Positions 42,686-55,000 of a stretch of 64,000 nucleotides of DNA are shown in pieces (the first letter of the stretch is position 1; every line of letters starts with the position of its first letter). Under the pieces are notes generated by a model that worked only from the letters and a program-made list of their open reading frames with translations, was not told the origin of the DNA and searched no databases. This DNA comes from a virus. The DNA lies in the IMG/VR virus record IMGVR_UViG_3300045836_000083, positions 62-64,061 of that record. One strand, given 5' to 3'. The translations under genes were made by a program, and so were the position numbers.

Positions 42686-43369
42686 ATGCCTGTTACAAGT
42701 TCAGCAATCATAGGAGCAGCAAATTCTGCCAAACAAACATTAGGAGGAGAAATTCAAGCTGCAATTGGATTTTTTGGAGGGAGGAAGGCTAAAAAGGAAT
42801 TGGAAAATCTTCAAACGCCTACTTATACTCCAAGTAAAAGTATTACTGATTACTATAATGAAGCATTGAGACGATATCAGGAATCTCCATATCAAAGTAA
42901 TTTGTATAAAATGCAAGCGCAAAATATTATGCGCGGCACTCAACAAGGACTTGCAGGATTGCAAGATAGAAGAAGTGCTTTGGCAGGGGTGTCGGGATTA
43001 GTACAGGCGCAAAATGATGCTCTGTTGAAAGCTGGAGTTGCGGCTGAACAGCAGCAAAACCAACGTTTTGGACAATATGGAGCCGCATCTAATGCAATGG
43101 CTGGTGAGCAAAGGCAAGCATTTAACATAAACCAAATGTTGCCTTATCAAAAACAGTATAACATATTGTCACAAAAAGCTGCCGGATATAGTCAATTACT
43201 AAATGCTGGATTACAAAATATGTGGGGAGGGGGGCAAGCTGCTAGTACTTATGGCTCAGGTTTAGGAAGTATGAGTAGTTTAACAGGAAGTAATAATCTA
43301 AATAGTTATGGACAGGATAGATATTTACCTCCTGATACATATAAAATTCCTTTAGCATCAATATCATAA
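42686..43369 (+). CDS. Small internal virion/ejection protein
   Basis: A/G/Q-rich coiled-coil with hydrophobic Gly-rich ends. Confidence 0.6.
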   Translation: MPVTSSAIIGAANSAKQTLGGEIQAAIGFFGGRKAKKELENLQTPTYTPSKSITDYYNEALRRYQESPYQSNLYKMQAQNIMRGTQQGLAGLQDRRSALAGVSGLVQAQNDALLKAGVAAEQQQNQRFGQYGAASNAMAGEQRQAFNINQMLPYQKQYNILSQKAAGYSQLLNAGLQNMWGGGQAASTYGSGLGSMSSLTGSNNLNSYGQDRYLPPDTYKIPLASIS

Positions 43370-43376
43370 AAATATA

Positions 43377-44843
43377 ATGGCAGTAGCTACTATAAATCCT
43401 TGGGCAGCGGGAGCTGTTGTATTTGATCAGCGTCCATTTTTACAGTTCTATGAGCAACAAATGGCTCGTAAACAAGCAAAAGATGATGCTTTAGATAATT
43501 ATTTCCGTGACCTTAATAAAAATGTTACATCTGCCGGCATGCGTTCACAAGATGTATCTAGTTTATTGAAAAAGCAACAGGATGCACAGCAGTATTATTT
43601 TCAAAATAAGGCTCAGATATTAAATCCAAAATTAGATAATGGAGCAGCTTATTCCGAATATCAGGCACGGCATCAAGACATGCTAGGGTTAATTGATCAA
43701 AGCAAAGAAGCTGCTAAATCTATGGATGAGATAGGTAAAATGAAGTTAAACCCTCAGATGTCATACATATTTGAAGACCCAAAATTCATGGATCAATTAC
43801 GATCCCATGAATTACCAATAGGTGATCCAAATAGGAAGGGTATAACTTTAGCTTCATTAACTGTTCCAGATAAACCAGTTGATATTAAAGAATGGGATGC
43901 GTATAATAAATATTTAACAGGAGGAATACCACATGATAAAATACCTGGAGAAACAAAAAGTATAGGTAATTTCAAAACAAGCACCCCTATTTATCAGCAA
44001 TACAGTCCTGAAAATCAAAAAGTAATTGCCGAGCATGCAATGAATGCTTACGAAAGTGATAGAAGATGGCGTACAGAAGCTAACAAAACATTTCAGGATA
44101 TTATGCATGATCCTATGAAATATGATCAGTATAATAAAATGTATAAATCTATATACGGGAAAGATATTGATACTCCTAAAGAAGCATGGGCAGCAAAAGG
44201 GATTATAGATAATAATATGAAGGCGGTGGAATACAAAGAAGGAGAAGACTTTGTGGCTAAGGAAAGATTCAAAGATGCTTTAAGTAGAGCAAGCCAAGAA
44301 GAATTGATAAAATTCAGGAAAAATATTGATCCTAATGATATGGAATTGAATAATCAATGGATTGATCGGTATTTACAAAACAGATTGCAAACCGCAATGT
44401 CAGATGAAGCCAATTATAGAAAAGTTTATACACCACATACAACAAAGTACGGATATGAAATAAGCATGGATCCGGTTTTGGCAAAGTCATTTTCAAGGGG
44501 AGGCAGTGAACCAGATAGACTATATGTAACAGATGATGGACAAAAAATATGGCCTATCTTCTATAAATACGAAAAAGACCCTAAAACAAAACAAACCATT
44601 CTTGTTAAAAATGATAAAGGCGATCCAGTGATAGATGAAGATATTAGTAAACCTTTAGAAATGGATCAAGCTAAATTAGCAATGGGATATAGAGGAGAAA
44701 CAAAAAAACAGTTAGGCAAGACTATGAGTTCCAAAACTAAATCGACACAACCTAAATATCCTTTGCCGGCAGGTAAACCTGCAACAGTAAAACAAAACGG
44801 ATATACATATCATTGGAATAGCGAAATAGGATCGTATGAGTAG
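43377..44843 (+). CDS. Internal virion/ejection protein
   Basis: 488-aa helical protein between ejection-type genes. Confidence 0.55.
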   Translation: MAVATINPWAAGAVVFDQRPFLQFYEQQMARKQAKDDALDNYFRDLNKNVTSAGMRSQDVSSLLKKQQDAQQYYFQNKAQILNPKLDNGAAYSEYQARHQDMLGLIDQSKEAAKSMDEIGKMKLNPQMSYIFEDPKFMDQLRSHELPIGDPNRKGITLASLTVPDKPVDIKEWDAYNKYLTGGIPHDKIPGETKSIGNFKTSTPIYQQYSPENQKVIAEHAMNAYESDRRWRTEANKTFQDIMHDPMKYDQYNKMYKSIYGKDIDTPKEAWAAKGIIDNNMKAVEYKEGEDFVAKERFKDALSRASQEELIKFRKNIDPNDMELNNQWIDRYLQNRLQTAMSDEANYRKVYTPHTTKYGYEISMDPVLAKSFSRGGSEPDRLYVTDDGQKIWPIFYKYEKDPKTKQTILVKNDKGDPVIDEDISKPLEMDQAKLAMGYRGETKKQLGKTMSSKTKSTQPKYPLPAGKPATVKQNGYTYHWNSEIGSYE

Positions 44844-47800
44844 TAAAACATTTCCATCTAGTGGCACAAAGCCAAAATTTAACCCAGATGCAGATTATGA
44901 AGCTGTAGCAGATGCTCCTACGCCGAAAAGTAATAAACCCGCTTTTAATCCAAATGCTCATTTTGAACCAGTTCATGAAGAAAGAACAGAGCCGGTTGCA
45001 CAACCGGCTTTTCATGTTGAATTATCAACCCCTACATTTAAATCAGCACCTGCACAAACAGGGCCTAATACCTTTCAATATAATGCACCCGCAGAAGCAG
45101 GCGACATTATTAAACTAGGAGGTAAAGCTAGAGTAGCACAAGAAAATCTACATAAAGAATTATCTACCAATAAACAAGCATTAGGCAGAGTTATAGTTAA
45201 TGATAGGATAAAGCAACAAGAAAAAAATAGACAAGCGGGCATAGTCGGCCCACAATTAACTGATCCATTATTTATAACTGATGACGATTTAAATAAGGTA
45301 AATACCGAAGCTACAACTAATAGAGATAGAGCTAACCAAGTACTTAGTGCTGCCATGCAAATAAATCCTGAAAAAGCTCAGGAAATACAAAAGAATGCTT
45401 ACATGGTGGATGCCTTTAATAATGCTGCTCAGGATGTGAACGGAAATGAAAGGGTTAATAAAATAGAAGAAAACGCAAAGGCTATTAGCAAAGGAGAATT
45501 GAATTATGACCATCACAACCAAATATTAAGTAAGCCGGAAGGATTCTTTGGAAGTTTAGTTTCTGCAAGAAATGAATTGAATAGATTATCTGATGCCTAC
45601 GATTATACCAAAAAAATGGAAGATGGAGGAAATGAAGCAGGTATAATAATGGAATTGAATAATAGAATAAAACGTGATCCAGATGAACCTGTTAAAATGC
45701 CAACAGGGTTATTGGGACATTTAGGCGCTAATATTGGAGGAATGCCCATTAAGGGATTAGCCGCCGGTACTGTAGCAGGTATTGGTACCTCACTGTTAGG
45801 TAATCCAGAAGCATCCGAAGCTGCGTTTAATATGGCAAGTGCAGGGGTAAATGCTAATGATATGTACAAAATAGGATATCAAAATGCATTAGAGCAAAAC
45901 TATGCCCTATTAAAACGGGATCATCCAGATATGCCAGATTATACCGCTTTTAAACAAGCTCAGGATTTAGCAGGTAAACAAGCGGTGGTTGATGCTGCAT
46001 CGGCAGCAGCAATGCAATATTTAGGAGGCAAAGCCGGTTTTGGGGCAAGTAAACAATTGGCAAAGGGAATATCGAGTGGCTTATCACAAGTAAAAGATGA
46101 ATTGGGTAAAAAAGCATTTGAATCATTAGGGGTAGGTGCTATAGGGGCTGGCGGCCAAACTATAAAAAATCTGATGGCTCAAAATGCAGGATTGAATGTA
46201 CCCACATCCGAAGGCGCAATGGATCAATTTACTACAGGATTATTAATGACAGGTGCAATGTCAATGTTAGGATTAGGTAAAGATATTTTGAAACCATTCA
46301 CAAAAGCCAAATTAGCAAGTGGTATAGCTAAATTACCTGATAATGTAGTTGAACAAGGATTAAATAAAGTAGAGCAAGCAGGTCATTTAACACCAGAACA
46401 GTTACAGAATGTAAAAGATATAATTAGCGAACAAAAAGCATTAGAAAATTCAATACCAGAAACGCTGCCGGAAAGCGATAGACAAAAAATAGGTGACAAG
46501 ATAAAGGAGCGTTCACAACTAAAACAGCAATTAGAACAAGTAGATGAAGCGTATCATCCTGAATTAAAAGATAAAATAAAAAAACTAAATGAAGATATAT
46601 TAAGCATATCGAAAGGTTCAGAACGAGGTGAATTGCAACAGTTAGTTCATGGCGAAATTAACAAAGGGAATGTGCAAGGATATTTAACCGATATCCTACG
46701 AAATGCCAACGAAAAGGAATTAGAGCAATATATGAAGGAAATTTCCGAGCAAGCACATGATCCAGCATCCGAAGAAAATACAATTAAAACCTTCGGAGAA
46801 AAAATAGTTAATAAGGCTAAAGAATTATATCCGAAAAAAGAATCAGCCGTTTCAGTAATACAACCTGGGGAAATAAAACAACCTGAAACTATTACAATTG
46901 CACCACGCGAAAGGCCATCAGATATAAAATCTACTGAAAATGTATCAGTAATAATGCCTAATGAGGCAGGAGCCGGTAAGGTAGTTCCCGACAATATTGG
47001 TCATGTGGAAGTTAGCGAACATGGGGAAGATACCAAAACGGAAGCTGGTCAAGAAAATGGTACTCAACCTTCCAAACTTTCCGAAGATGGAATTAAGGAA
47101 GCTAAAGAACTGGGCAATTATTTAGCAGAAAATAATAAAACAAAAATAATTACCAGTGAAGTTCAGCGGGCGCAAGAAACGGCCCATACTGCTGCTGCGG
47201 AAGTCAAAAATGCAACTGGTAAAGAAATACCAGTAGAAACTAACCCTTTGTTAAATACATGGAATATTGGTGAATATGACGGTAAGCCAGAAGGATCATT
47301 CAATGAAAAAGAATGGATAGATAAACCCAATGAAGCCCCAAAAGGCGGGGAAAGTTTTAATGACTTTAAAGGTCGTATGGAGCAAGCATATCAATATGTA
47401 AAATCATTACCAGAAGATAATCACGTCGTTTCTCATTCAAAAGTAATGAGAGCATTAGAAGCCTTAAAACAAACAGATGGTAAATGGACAGACGAAACAA
47501 CAAAGGAATTTTTAAACAATAAAGAATTACCCAATGCCGTTCCAATCCAAAGCACAAATGGCCTGGATGTTCGCCAACAAACCGGCAATGGCGAAACGAT
47601 GGGCGAAGGAAACACCCAACCCGAAATCATTACCGGAACACAAGGAGGAAGCACCGAAGAAAAAAGTAATGATCAAGGTGAGGAAAACAAAATAGAAAAT
47701 CTTACCATTGATGATGCATACGGATTACCATTTATTGATGAACCGGGAGATAAAAGAACAGGGGTTAAAAATAAAATTTCTGACCAAATAAGATTTGAGA

Positions 47801-50421
47801 GAAAACTACCGGAAGTGCCAATTATAAAAATGGGCTCGGATGTAGAAAAATTACAATTAGGGAAGGAGTTAGTAGATAGTGGTAAAATAAATCCATTAGA
47901 TATTGTAAATAGAGTATTGAATGCGCCAGAAGGGGAACATGGAGTACAACCGAATGAAGTATTAGCATTACAATATTATATGCATCAATTAAATAAACAT
48001 GAGACTAATTTAAGGGAACAAAAAGCTAGGGCGGAAACTCCCATAGAAGAAGCTGAAATAAATGGGCAATTGCAACAATTGTCTGATGAAATAGACGCTG
48101 CTACTAGAGCAAATAAAATAAGTGGGAATGCATGGCATTACGTGGGAGATTTTAGACAAATAGAGGTAGATACTGGTTATAATCCTCACAGAGACGTAGA
48201 TTTAATTAGAGACGCGTATGGAGGAGAAATTCCTTCGGAAGTAAAAGCTCGGTTGGATAAAGTATTGAAAGAAAGAGATGACGCATTAAATAAATTAGCT
48301 AAACTTCAAATAGAACAGACTAAGCAAGCCGCGGATGAAACTATAAAAAAGGAAAGTCCGCCAAAGAATCCTAAAAAATCAGCTACTGACTTTAAGAATG
48401 AACGTACAGAAATAAAAAAATCCATTTCAGATAAATTAAAGAAAGGAAGAACAGGTGAAAGTGGGTTGACTGCCGTTCCATTACCATTTGCAAAAGAACT
48501 TATTTCGATAACGCCTGAAATATTCCAGTTAATAAAAAGCTATGCAGAAGAAGGGGTGCAGAAAACAGAGGAAATAATTAACCGTTTACACGAAGTATTA
48601 AAAGATGAATTGGATGGTATTCAAAAATCAGATATTGTTAACTTATTGGCTGGTAAGTATAAGGCACAAGGTGAAGAAGTTGACCCGATAGCACAACGAA
48701 TAAGAGATTATAGAACGGAAGCTAATATTTGGACTAAAATTGCTGCCGCGCTTAAAATGGAGGAAGATACGCCTAAGAAAAAAGAGGAAAAGAATAAAAA
48801 ATTACAGGATTTACGAGATCGGTTAAATGACATACGGAAGCGCAATAAGGAAGCAGTTAAAGAAATACAATCCATTCTGACACCGGAAATGGCTAAAAAA
48901 GAATTAACGGATGCCGAAAAGGAACTAAATAGGTTAGAAAAGTTAAGAAAGTCAACAGAAACCAAATTTGCTAATAAAAAATATCTACAACCAGAAACTA
49001 AAAAAAGTACAGCTCTTAATACTGCTATAGTAAAAGAAAAACAACGTATAGCGAATGCCCAATATAATATTAGAGTAGAAAAAAGAAAGGCATTTGAATC
49101 TCAAAAGAACTTTTACCAAAAAGCATTAATGTGGACAGGCAGAGCTATAAGACTTTCTATATTGTCAGGGTATAATGTATTAGGTAAATTGGCTGCTGCT
49201 GCTACTATAGGTGGTGCAGGAAAGCGTATTCCAGAACAAGCAATCGGATTTATTTATGGTCAAGCATTCAGAGGAATAGCCGAGAAAGCGCCAATTGAAG
49301 GATTTACAAATGCAAAGGCAGAAGCTAAATTTTATAAAGAGTTCTTTAATCCAAAAACCTTTGCAAAAAATGCATGGCAAATATTAAAAACTGGAGAATC
49401 ACCACTAAGCAAACAATTTTCAAGTGGACAATATGAACATATTCCCGGCTTATATTTGCCTACTGATTTGCACCAGATTATTAAAGACCCATTGAAACGT
49501 GCTACTTATGAAGCATCATTGAAAAATGCTATGGTGTGGGCTGAAAGACAAGGGTTAGATATTAACGATGACTTGGTAATGCAGTCATTGCAAACAGCGG
49601 CTTACAAACGGGCCCAGTATGAAATATTCCAAGAATCAAACGTTTTGTCGCGCAAATTTGGTGAATGGAAAAGCAATATGGAGAAAAAGGGTAATTGGGG
49701 AGCGACAGGTAAATTTTTGGCTGATTTCATGGTGCCGGTAAGTACAGTGCCTACTAATATTGCCCGGCGTGTTGTAACTACCTCACCATTAGGACTAATA
49801 CGCGGGGGAGTTAAAGTTGTTGAAGCCTACAGAAAAGGAATAGAAAATCTCACCCCAGAAGAGGCCGATTCAGTAATGAAGCAGCTAAAACAGGGTACAT
49901 TGGGTACGGCTTTATGGTTAATAGGTTGGTATGGTGCTTCTTATTTTGGTGGTTTATATAGTAAATTCAACCCAAATAAAAGCCGTGATCAGGGCGAATT
50001 AAAATCGGATGAAATGTCGGTAGGAGGGAAAATGATTCCAAAGCCAATACAACACGCGTTACCATTAGAAGTGATTCAATTTGCGGCAACAGCCCGACAC
50101 GTTTATGATCATTATAGTGATAAAGGTGCATCCACAGCGGAAACAATTGAGAAAGCAGGCTTAGCAAGCATAGGGGGATTAACTGAACAAATTCCAATCC
50201 TTGAATCAGCAGTGCACGCTATTGGCGCAACTACCGATCCGTACGAAGCTAAAAAACTAGAAGATGACGCAAAACGTAGGTTTGAACCACAAATTTTGAA
50301 AGAAACAGGAATAATAGGAAAAGAATCTGGTGGTAGCGGAGGTGGTGCCGGCGCTACCGGAACAGTAAGCAAACCAACTAGAGAACATAGACCTACAAGA
50401 ACACATAAAACTCATAGATAA
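44836..50421 (+). CDS. Giant ejection/cargo protein (1861 aa) with an internal histidine-phosphatase-fold domain
   Basis: Gly-rich hydrophobic segments and coiled-coils. At about 47000-47480: EHGE...LSEDG...SEVQRAQETA...GES...VSH. Confidence 0.75.
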   Translation: MSSKTFPSSGTKPKFNPDADYEAVADAPTPKSNKPAFNPNAHFEPVHEERTEPVAQPAFHVELSTPTFKSAPAQTGPNTFQYNAPAEAGDIIKLGGKARVAQENLHKELSTNKQALGRVIVNDRIKQQEKNRQAGIVGPQLTDPLFITDDDLNKVNTEATTNRDRANQVLSAAMQINPEKAQEIQKNAYMVDAFNNAAQDVNGNERVNKIEENAKAISKGELNYDHHNQILSKPEGFFGSLVSARNELNRLSDAYDYTKKMEDGGNEAGIIMELNNRIKRDPDEPVKMPTGLLGHLGANIGGMPIKGLAAGTVAGIGTSLLGNPEASEAAFNMASAGVNANDMYKIGYQNALEQNYALLKRDHPDMPDYTAFKQAQDLAGKQAVVDAASAAAMQYLGGKAGFGASKQLAKGISSGLSQVKDELGKKAFESLGVGAIGAGGQTIKNLMAQNAGLNVPTSEGAMDQFTTGLLMTGAMSMLGLGKDILKPFTKAKLASGIAKLPDNVVEQGLNKVEQAGHLTPEQLQNVKDIISEQKALENSIPETLPESDRQKIGDKIKERSQLKQQLEQVDEAYHPELKDKIKKLNEDILSISKGSERGELQQLVHGEINKGNVQGYLTDILRNANEKELEQYMKEISEQAHDPASEENTIKTFGEKIVNKAKELYPKKESAVSVIQPGEIKQPETITIAPRERPSDIKSTENVSVIMPNEAGAGKVVPDNIGHVEVSEHGEDTKTEAGQENGTQPSKLSEDGIKEAKELGNYLAENNKTKIITSEVQRAQETAHTAAAEVKNATGKEIPVETNPLLNTWNIGEYDGKPEGSFNEKEWIDKPNEAPKGGESFNDFKGRMEQAYQYVKSLPEDNHVVSHSKVMRALEALKQTDGKWTDETTKEFLNNKELPNAVPIQSTNGLDVRQQTGNGETMGEGNTQPEIITGTQGGSTEEKSNDQGEENKIENLTIDDAYGLPFIDEPGDKRTGVKNKISDQIRFERKLPEVPIIKMGSDVEKLQLGKELVDSGKINPLDIVNRVLNAPEGEHGVQPNEVLALQYYMHQLNKHETNLREQKARAETPIEEAEINGQLQQLSDEIDAATRANKISGNAWHYVGDFRQIEVDTGYNPHRDVDLIRDAYGGEIPSEVKARLDKVLKERDDALNKLAKLQIEQTKQAADETIKKESPPKNPKKSATDFKNERTEIKKSISDKLKKGRTGESGLTAVPLPFAKELISITPEIFQLIKSYAEEGVQKTEEIINRLHEVLKDELDGIQKSDIVNLLAGKYKAQGEEVDPIAQRIRDYRTEANIWTKIAAALKMEEDTPKKKEEKNKKLQDLRDRLNDIRKRNKEAVKEIQSILTPEMAKKELTDAEKELNRLEKLRKSTETKFANKKYLQPETKKSTALNTAIVKEKQRIANAQYNIRVEKRKAFESQKNFYQKALMWTGRAIRLSILSGYNVLGKLAAAATIGGAGKRIPEQAIGFIYGQAFRGIAEKAPIEGFTNAKAEAKFYKEFFNPKTFAKNAWQILKTGESPLSKQFSSGQYEHIPGLYLPTDLHQIIKDPLKRATYEASLKNAMVWAERQGLDINDDLVMQSLQTAAYKRAQYEIFQESNVLSRKFGEWKSNMEKKGNWGATGKFLADFMVPVSTVPTNIARRVVTTSPLGLIRGGVKVVEAYRKGIENLTPEEADSVMKQLKQGTLGTALWLIGWYGASYFGGLYSKFNPNKSRDQGELKSDEMSVGGKMIPKPIQHALPLEVIQFAATARHVYDHYSDKGASTAETIEKAGLASIGGLTEQIPILESAVHAIGATTDPYEAKKLEDDAKRRFEPQILKETGIIGKESGGSGGGAGATGTVSKPTREHRPTRTHKTHR

Positions 50422-50930
50422 TGGCTAAAAAGATAATGATAAAAGTAGCTCCTCCATCGGGTGACCCAAAAAATCCTACTGTTGATCAGGGACCAGTTAT
50501 TTTAAGCCCTGGTAAAACACCAATAGATCAAAACTTTGATTTAAGGGACAGGATTTATGAATTAATTGGAAGCCAAAACAATCTAAAACCCGGCGATCAG
50601 GCGGCCATTTATGCTAATTTAACTCGAATGCTGGGAAAGGATAGGGCAACAAAAGTAATGGATCATACGTATCTGTTCAATGCTAAACCAGAATACCAAA
50701 AATTGCCAATTGAGGAAAGAATTAAGCATTTTTACGATATTGGCTCCAATGATCCAGATGTACAAGACATAATGACTAAAACTAAGGTATTAGGCTATGG
50801 AACAGGGCAGGGATTCCGAACTTCACAAAGCCAAATAAATCAAGCATTGGCTGGCCGCATCCCCATTACCGAAACAACCGATATAACGCCTGACGTTCAG
50901 AAAAAAATAATGCTTAAAGTAACCAAATAG
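50421..50930 (+). CDS. Hypothetical protein
   Basis: Coupled to the giant gene and followed by a terminator. Confidence 0.7.
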   Translation: MAKKIMIKVAPPSGDPKNPTVDQGPVILSPGKTPIDQNFDLRDRIYELIGSQNNLKPGDQAAIYANLTRMLGKDRATKVMDHTYLFNAKPEYQKLPIEERIKHFYDIGSNDPDVQDIMTKTKVLGYGTGQGFRTSQSQINQALAGRIPITETTDITPDVQKKIMLKVTK

Positions 50931-50952
50931 CACTTTAAAATGTGCTATTTTT
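50925..50952 (+). terminator. Intrinsic terminator
   Basis: AAATAGCAC (50925-33) pairs with GTGCTATTT (50942-50), followed by a T-run. Confidence 0.65.
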
Positions 50953-50983
50953 ATTATATTATTTTGTTAAAGCCTGATTTTGT

Positions 50984-52065
50984 ATGGCATTCAATGGAGC
51001 CTTTACAATCACTAGCGTTATTACGCCGGGGTCATTTATTTTAAATGATACCACTACTGGTTCAGATTCTAATCTGACTGATAGGAAAATTTCTTTATAT
51101 CAAGCTGATGGAACTTTATTAGGTGGAGTACCAATTGATTTCCCTTACACTATGGGCAATTCAATTACTTTAAATGTATTGAATATTGATTATTGCCTTC
51201 TTATTGCAGTTCAATGGATAAGTTCATCACCATTACCGCCTCCTTCATCTTACTCAGCATCAGGACTATATAATTTCCTCGGTAACTCTTATTACTTTCT
51301 AAACAATTTAATAGGGGCCATTCAATCCAATCCTAATATTTTAAATGATGTAGGGTTTGATACCAATCTGAGTAAGTTACAAACAGATATAGATTGTAGT
51401 AGTCAAGCATCTTCTACTGGACAACAGGCAAGTGCGCAAGCAGCCTTATCAAGAATACAATCATTGATTGTTAATCAAAACTATTTTTTCTAATGTCAGT
51501 AGACGTTGCCTCATATATTCAAATAGCAAAGATTTGCCAATACTTAGCCGCAGATAAAGAATCAACTCAAAATTTATTATTTGGTGGTTATATACGGCCA
51601 AATCTTAGTAGGCTATTATATATTGTAAGAAATGGGGTTCAATGGTTGTATACTGTTAATCCCGCAGACCCAACTCTTGATGGGAAGGCCATTTATATGT
51701 ATTCTTTATGTCAGCCATTTGTCGGGCAAGCGTTGCAAATAATAGGTAGTGGTGGTAGTGGTACAATAATAAATCCAGCAACGGGTGTAATTTCAACTAT
51801 TCTTTCTAAGAATATTGAATTTAAGGTAGGCGACCCAGGGTCGCCCATGAATAATGGAGATACATCTTTAACACTAAATTATTCCTTTATCCTAAATTCA
51901 AGTATAATAATATCAGTAGATGGAGTTGACATGCCTATTGGGGTGACAGATAGAATTTCATTTACTCCTTTTTATAGTTCATTAAGCAGTAGCATATCAT
52001 TTAACAATCCAGTTTCTACAGGTCAGTTATATAACATCAAATTCTTACAGTATATAAGTGTATAA
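50984..52065 (+). CDS. Two putative tail/fibre-hub proteins (50984..51493, 51493..52065)
   Basis: Beta-rich, S/T-rich proteins directly before the fibre. Confidence 0.55.
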
Positions 52066-55000
52066 ATGAAACGTTTATTAACCATATTGTTTTTAATAAT
52101 AAGTATCGTTTGTAATGCACAATTACCATTTAATCCGGTTGTAACTCAAACCTCTACAGGTAATTTTAAATGGGGATGGCCCCGAGCAGATTCAGGATTT
52201 ATAAATGCTGTAAGAGATACATTTAATGCCAGGTATTCGGGCTCTCAAATAATTAGAATACAAAACGGCGATACCTCTTTATGGTTTGGAGCAGGTGGGC
52301 ATTTATGGTTCAAAAATTTGCAGGGGAAAGATACCAATTCATTAAGTACAAGAATAAACTTTAAATTAAATACTATAGATACCACTAATAAATGGATTGG
52401 GTTGGGTCGGAGAATACAGGATACGATGTATAGAATAAATGATTCTACAATAGGCTACACAATTAACCAGGTATTACATACCATCCAGATTTTGGGAAGA
52501 TCGCAAGGGGGAGGGGGAGGTTCTGGTACTGTTACCAGCGTGAATATGTCTGTTCCTGCTGCATTAACAGTGAGTGGCGGCCCAATTACTGGAGCAGGTA
52601 CATTTAATTTATCGGGAGCCGGCAACTCAGGGCAATATATAAAAGGCAATGGAACATTAGGAACTACTGATACTTCAATGATTACCAATTTCTATTTGAA
52701 ATCAAGAGGGTTATTATCTGGTAATTCGCCTTTATCATACAATAACATAACTGGCATTTTTAGTATTCAAAATGCTAATACTACAGGTCAAAAAGGTGCG
52801 GCTACGTTTGTTAACGCATCCTTTTCGGATAATGGCAGCGGCTTAATTGATCTGGCTGATGTAGTTACAGGTGGCGTTTGTTCTAATTGCAATGTTACAT
52901 TCGATTCAAAAGGAAGGGCAACTACCTTCACAGATGGGACGGGAGCAAGTGTAAACGCTAGACGTTCAGTAACCAAAGCTACCCTTGATTCTTTACAGCT
53001 TGTTAATGACACTACTTTAAATGTAGCTACAGGGAGAAAATATGATTACCAATTAGATACTACAGGGCGGCGCGCCTATTATGAAGATAAATATGTTATA
53101 GGTAAAAATTATGGTGAAATAAGAGGTTTGCGACTTCCTGATACTTCTTATGTTTTTAGAGCAAATTCCTCTCAAATTGTAGGAGATTATGTATATGACC
53201 CAACGGACGTTACTACCACAGATGATACTGTCGTTACAATTGTTTCAGGGACTTATAGATACAAGAGATATATCCCAGATGGGGTGTATGACCCGCATTG
53301 GTGGGGTGCCAAGGCCAATGGAACATACGATGATACATGGGCAGTTCAACAAGCTATAAACGCAGCAAATAAGTACACGGGCAATAATGGTACTGTTATA
53401 CGATTAACAGGTAATTATAAATTTGACCCATCAAACTTTGTATATAATACAGGCAGGGGAATGGTATTTGAAATAACAGGTAATGTACAGTTATTGAACA
53501 CTTGGCGTATAACAAGAGGGGTGAGTATAATTGGTAAGGGTGGGGCAACAGCGGAAGCATCATTTGCATGGTCGAACATAGCATCGATTCAATATACCGT
53601 GGTAAATACAGGAGCTCCCAAAGCTGCTGTTGAGTTGACATATGGCGGCAATACTTTGAGAAACCTAACCATTGGTAGTTATGGAGGGATAGGAGTTAAA
53701 TTAAATGGAACATTTTTTATACCAGCAGCATTAGCATTGTTGGATAATGTTAGTGCTAGTGTAGGCTCGTATACTGGCAAGCAAACAGGGTTGCTGGTAT
53801 CGGACTGGTTTTGGTTTAAATTGGATAACTGTTCGTTTAGCGTGGATGGCACATCTGCGGCAGGCAGTTCGTCTATAAAGCTGGAAGGTAAAACATATTT
53901 CCCCGACATCAACTTGTGCTATCTGGGCGAATTTAATAATTGCACTGCCCAGGGTAGACCAATTAGAATACAAGCCGGTGACACAGCAGACGCAAGTCTA
54001 AATGTAGGCATTGTAAATATAACTTTTAGAAACTTAACTATAGAAAACATTGCTCCTGATACTGCTGCTATCATGTTAAACAGTACCCGTATTCCCATAG
54101 ATAATATAGTATTTGAGCGTCCAGTAATGGTAGATACTTATAATATGGGATTCTTTATTTATAATTATGGTAATAATACTAGTGGGGTTAAATTACATGA
54201 CGGTGATTTGTTAAGTGGACAATTAAAGAAAATATTCGGAGGTGCTGCTATAGTTAATAAGTATTTCACAAGCACAGCCAAACCAATTAATAATTTTGTT
54301 TTTAACCCAAATTCAAGGCAATTGTACGATGATTTTGGGATTAATGGTTTTACAGATAATATTAATATGAATAGGGGATGGAAACCACCATTAGAACTAC
54401 AGTTGTATGATGGAGGCCAAATTGCACGCAATGCTGCAAGACTAAAAGATTCAGTAATAACTTCGGCATCAGTTGTAACCGAACCCTTCACTGGGTACAA
54501 TGGTGATACGGTAGCAATCAAAGTAACCCCCGACGGGACTAATAGCAACCCTACTATCCAAATAAAACAGTATGAGCAAGTTTGGCATACTGGCGATCAA
54601 ATATATTTCGGCGCATGGGTTAAAAGTGATTACATGGATAGCATCTTTTCAACGGCTTTAAAGGCTCAAATAGATGGTGGATATCTTTGGCAGAATACAT
54701 CTTCATCCACACTTGTTTCGGACATAACTTATATTTCACAACCTAATAATGGATGGAGGTTTTTAATATGTTCAGGGTTAATTGATGCGTCGGCATCAGA
54801 CCATTCCTCACATAAAATGTATTTATATATTAATAGCAACGATACGAATAGAACACACCCATACTATGTTTCTCACGCTTTTGCTTACAAAATAGACAGC
54901 GCAACCGCTATAAACCAAAATGAATTTCTTTCGTGGGTTAAGATGAATGCCGGTGGTCTTTACGCTGTTCCTTCAAAGAGTTATGGGATAAGAGATGATT

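Noticed and set aside
44836-50421. Virion RNA polymerase
   Set aside because: No DxDxD catalytic motif or double-psi-barrel-like sequence recognised.
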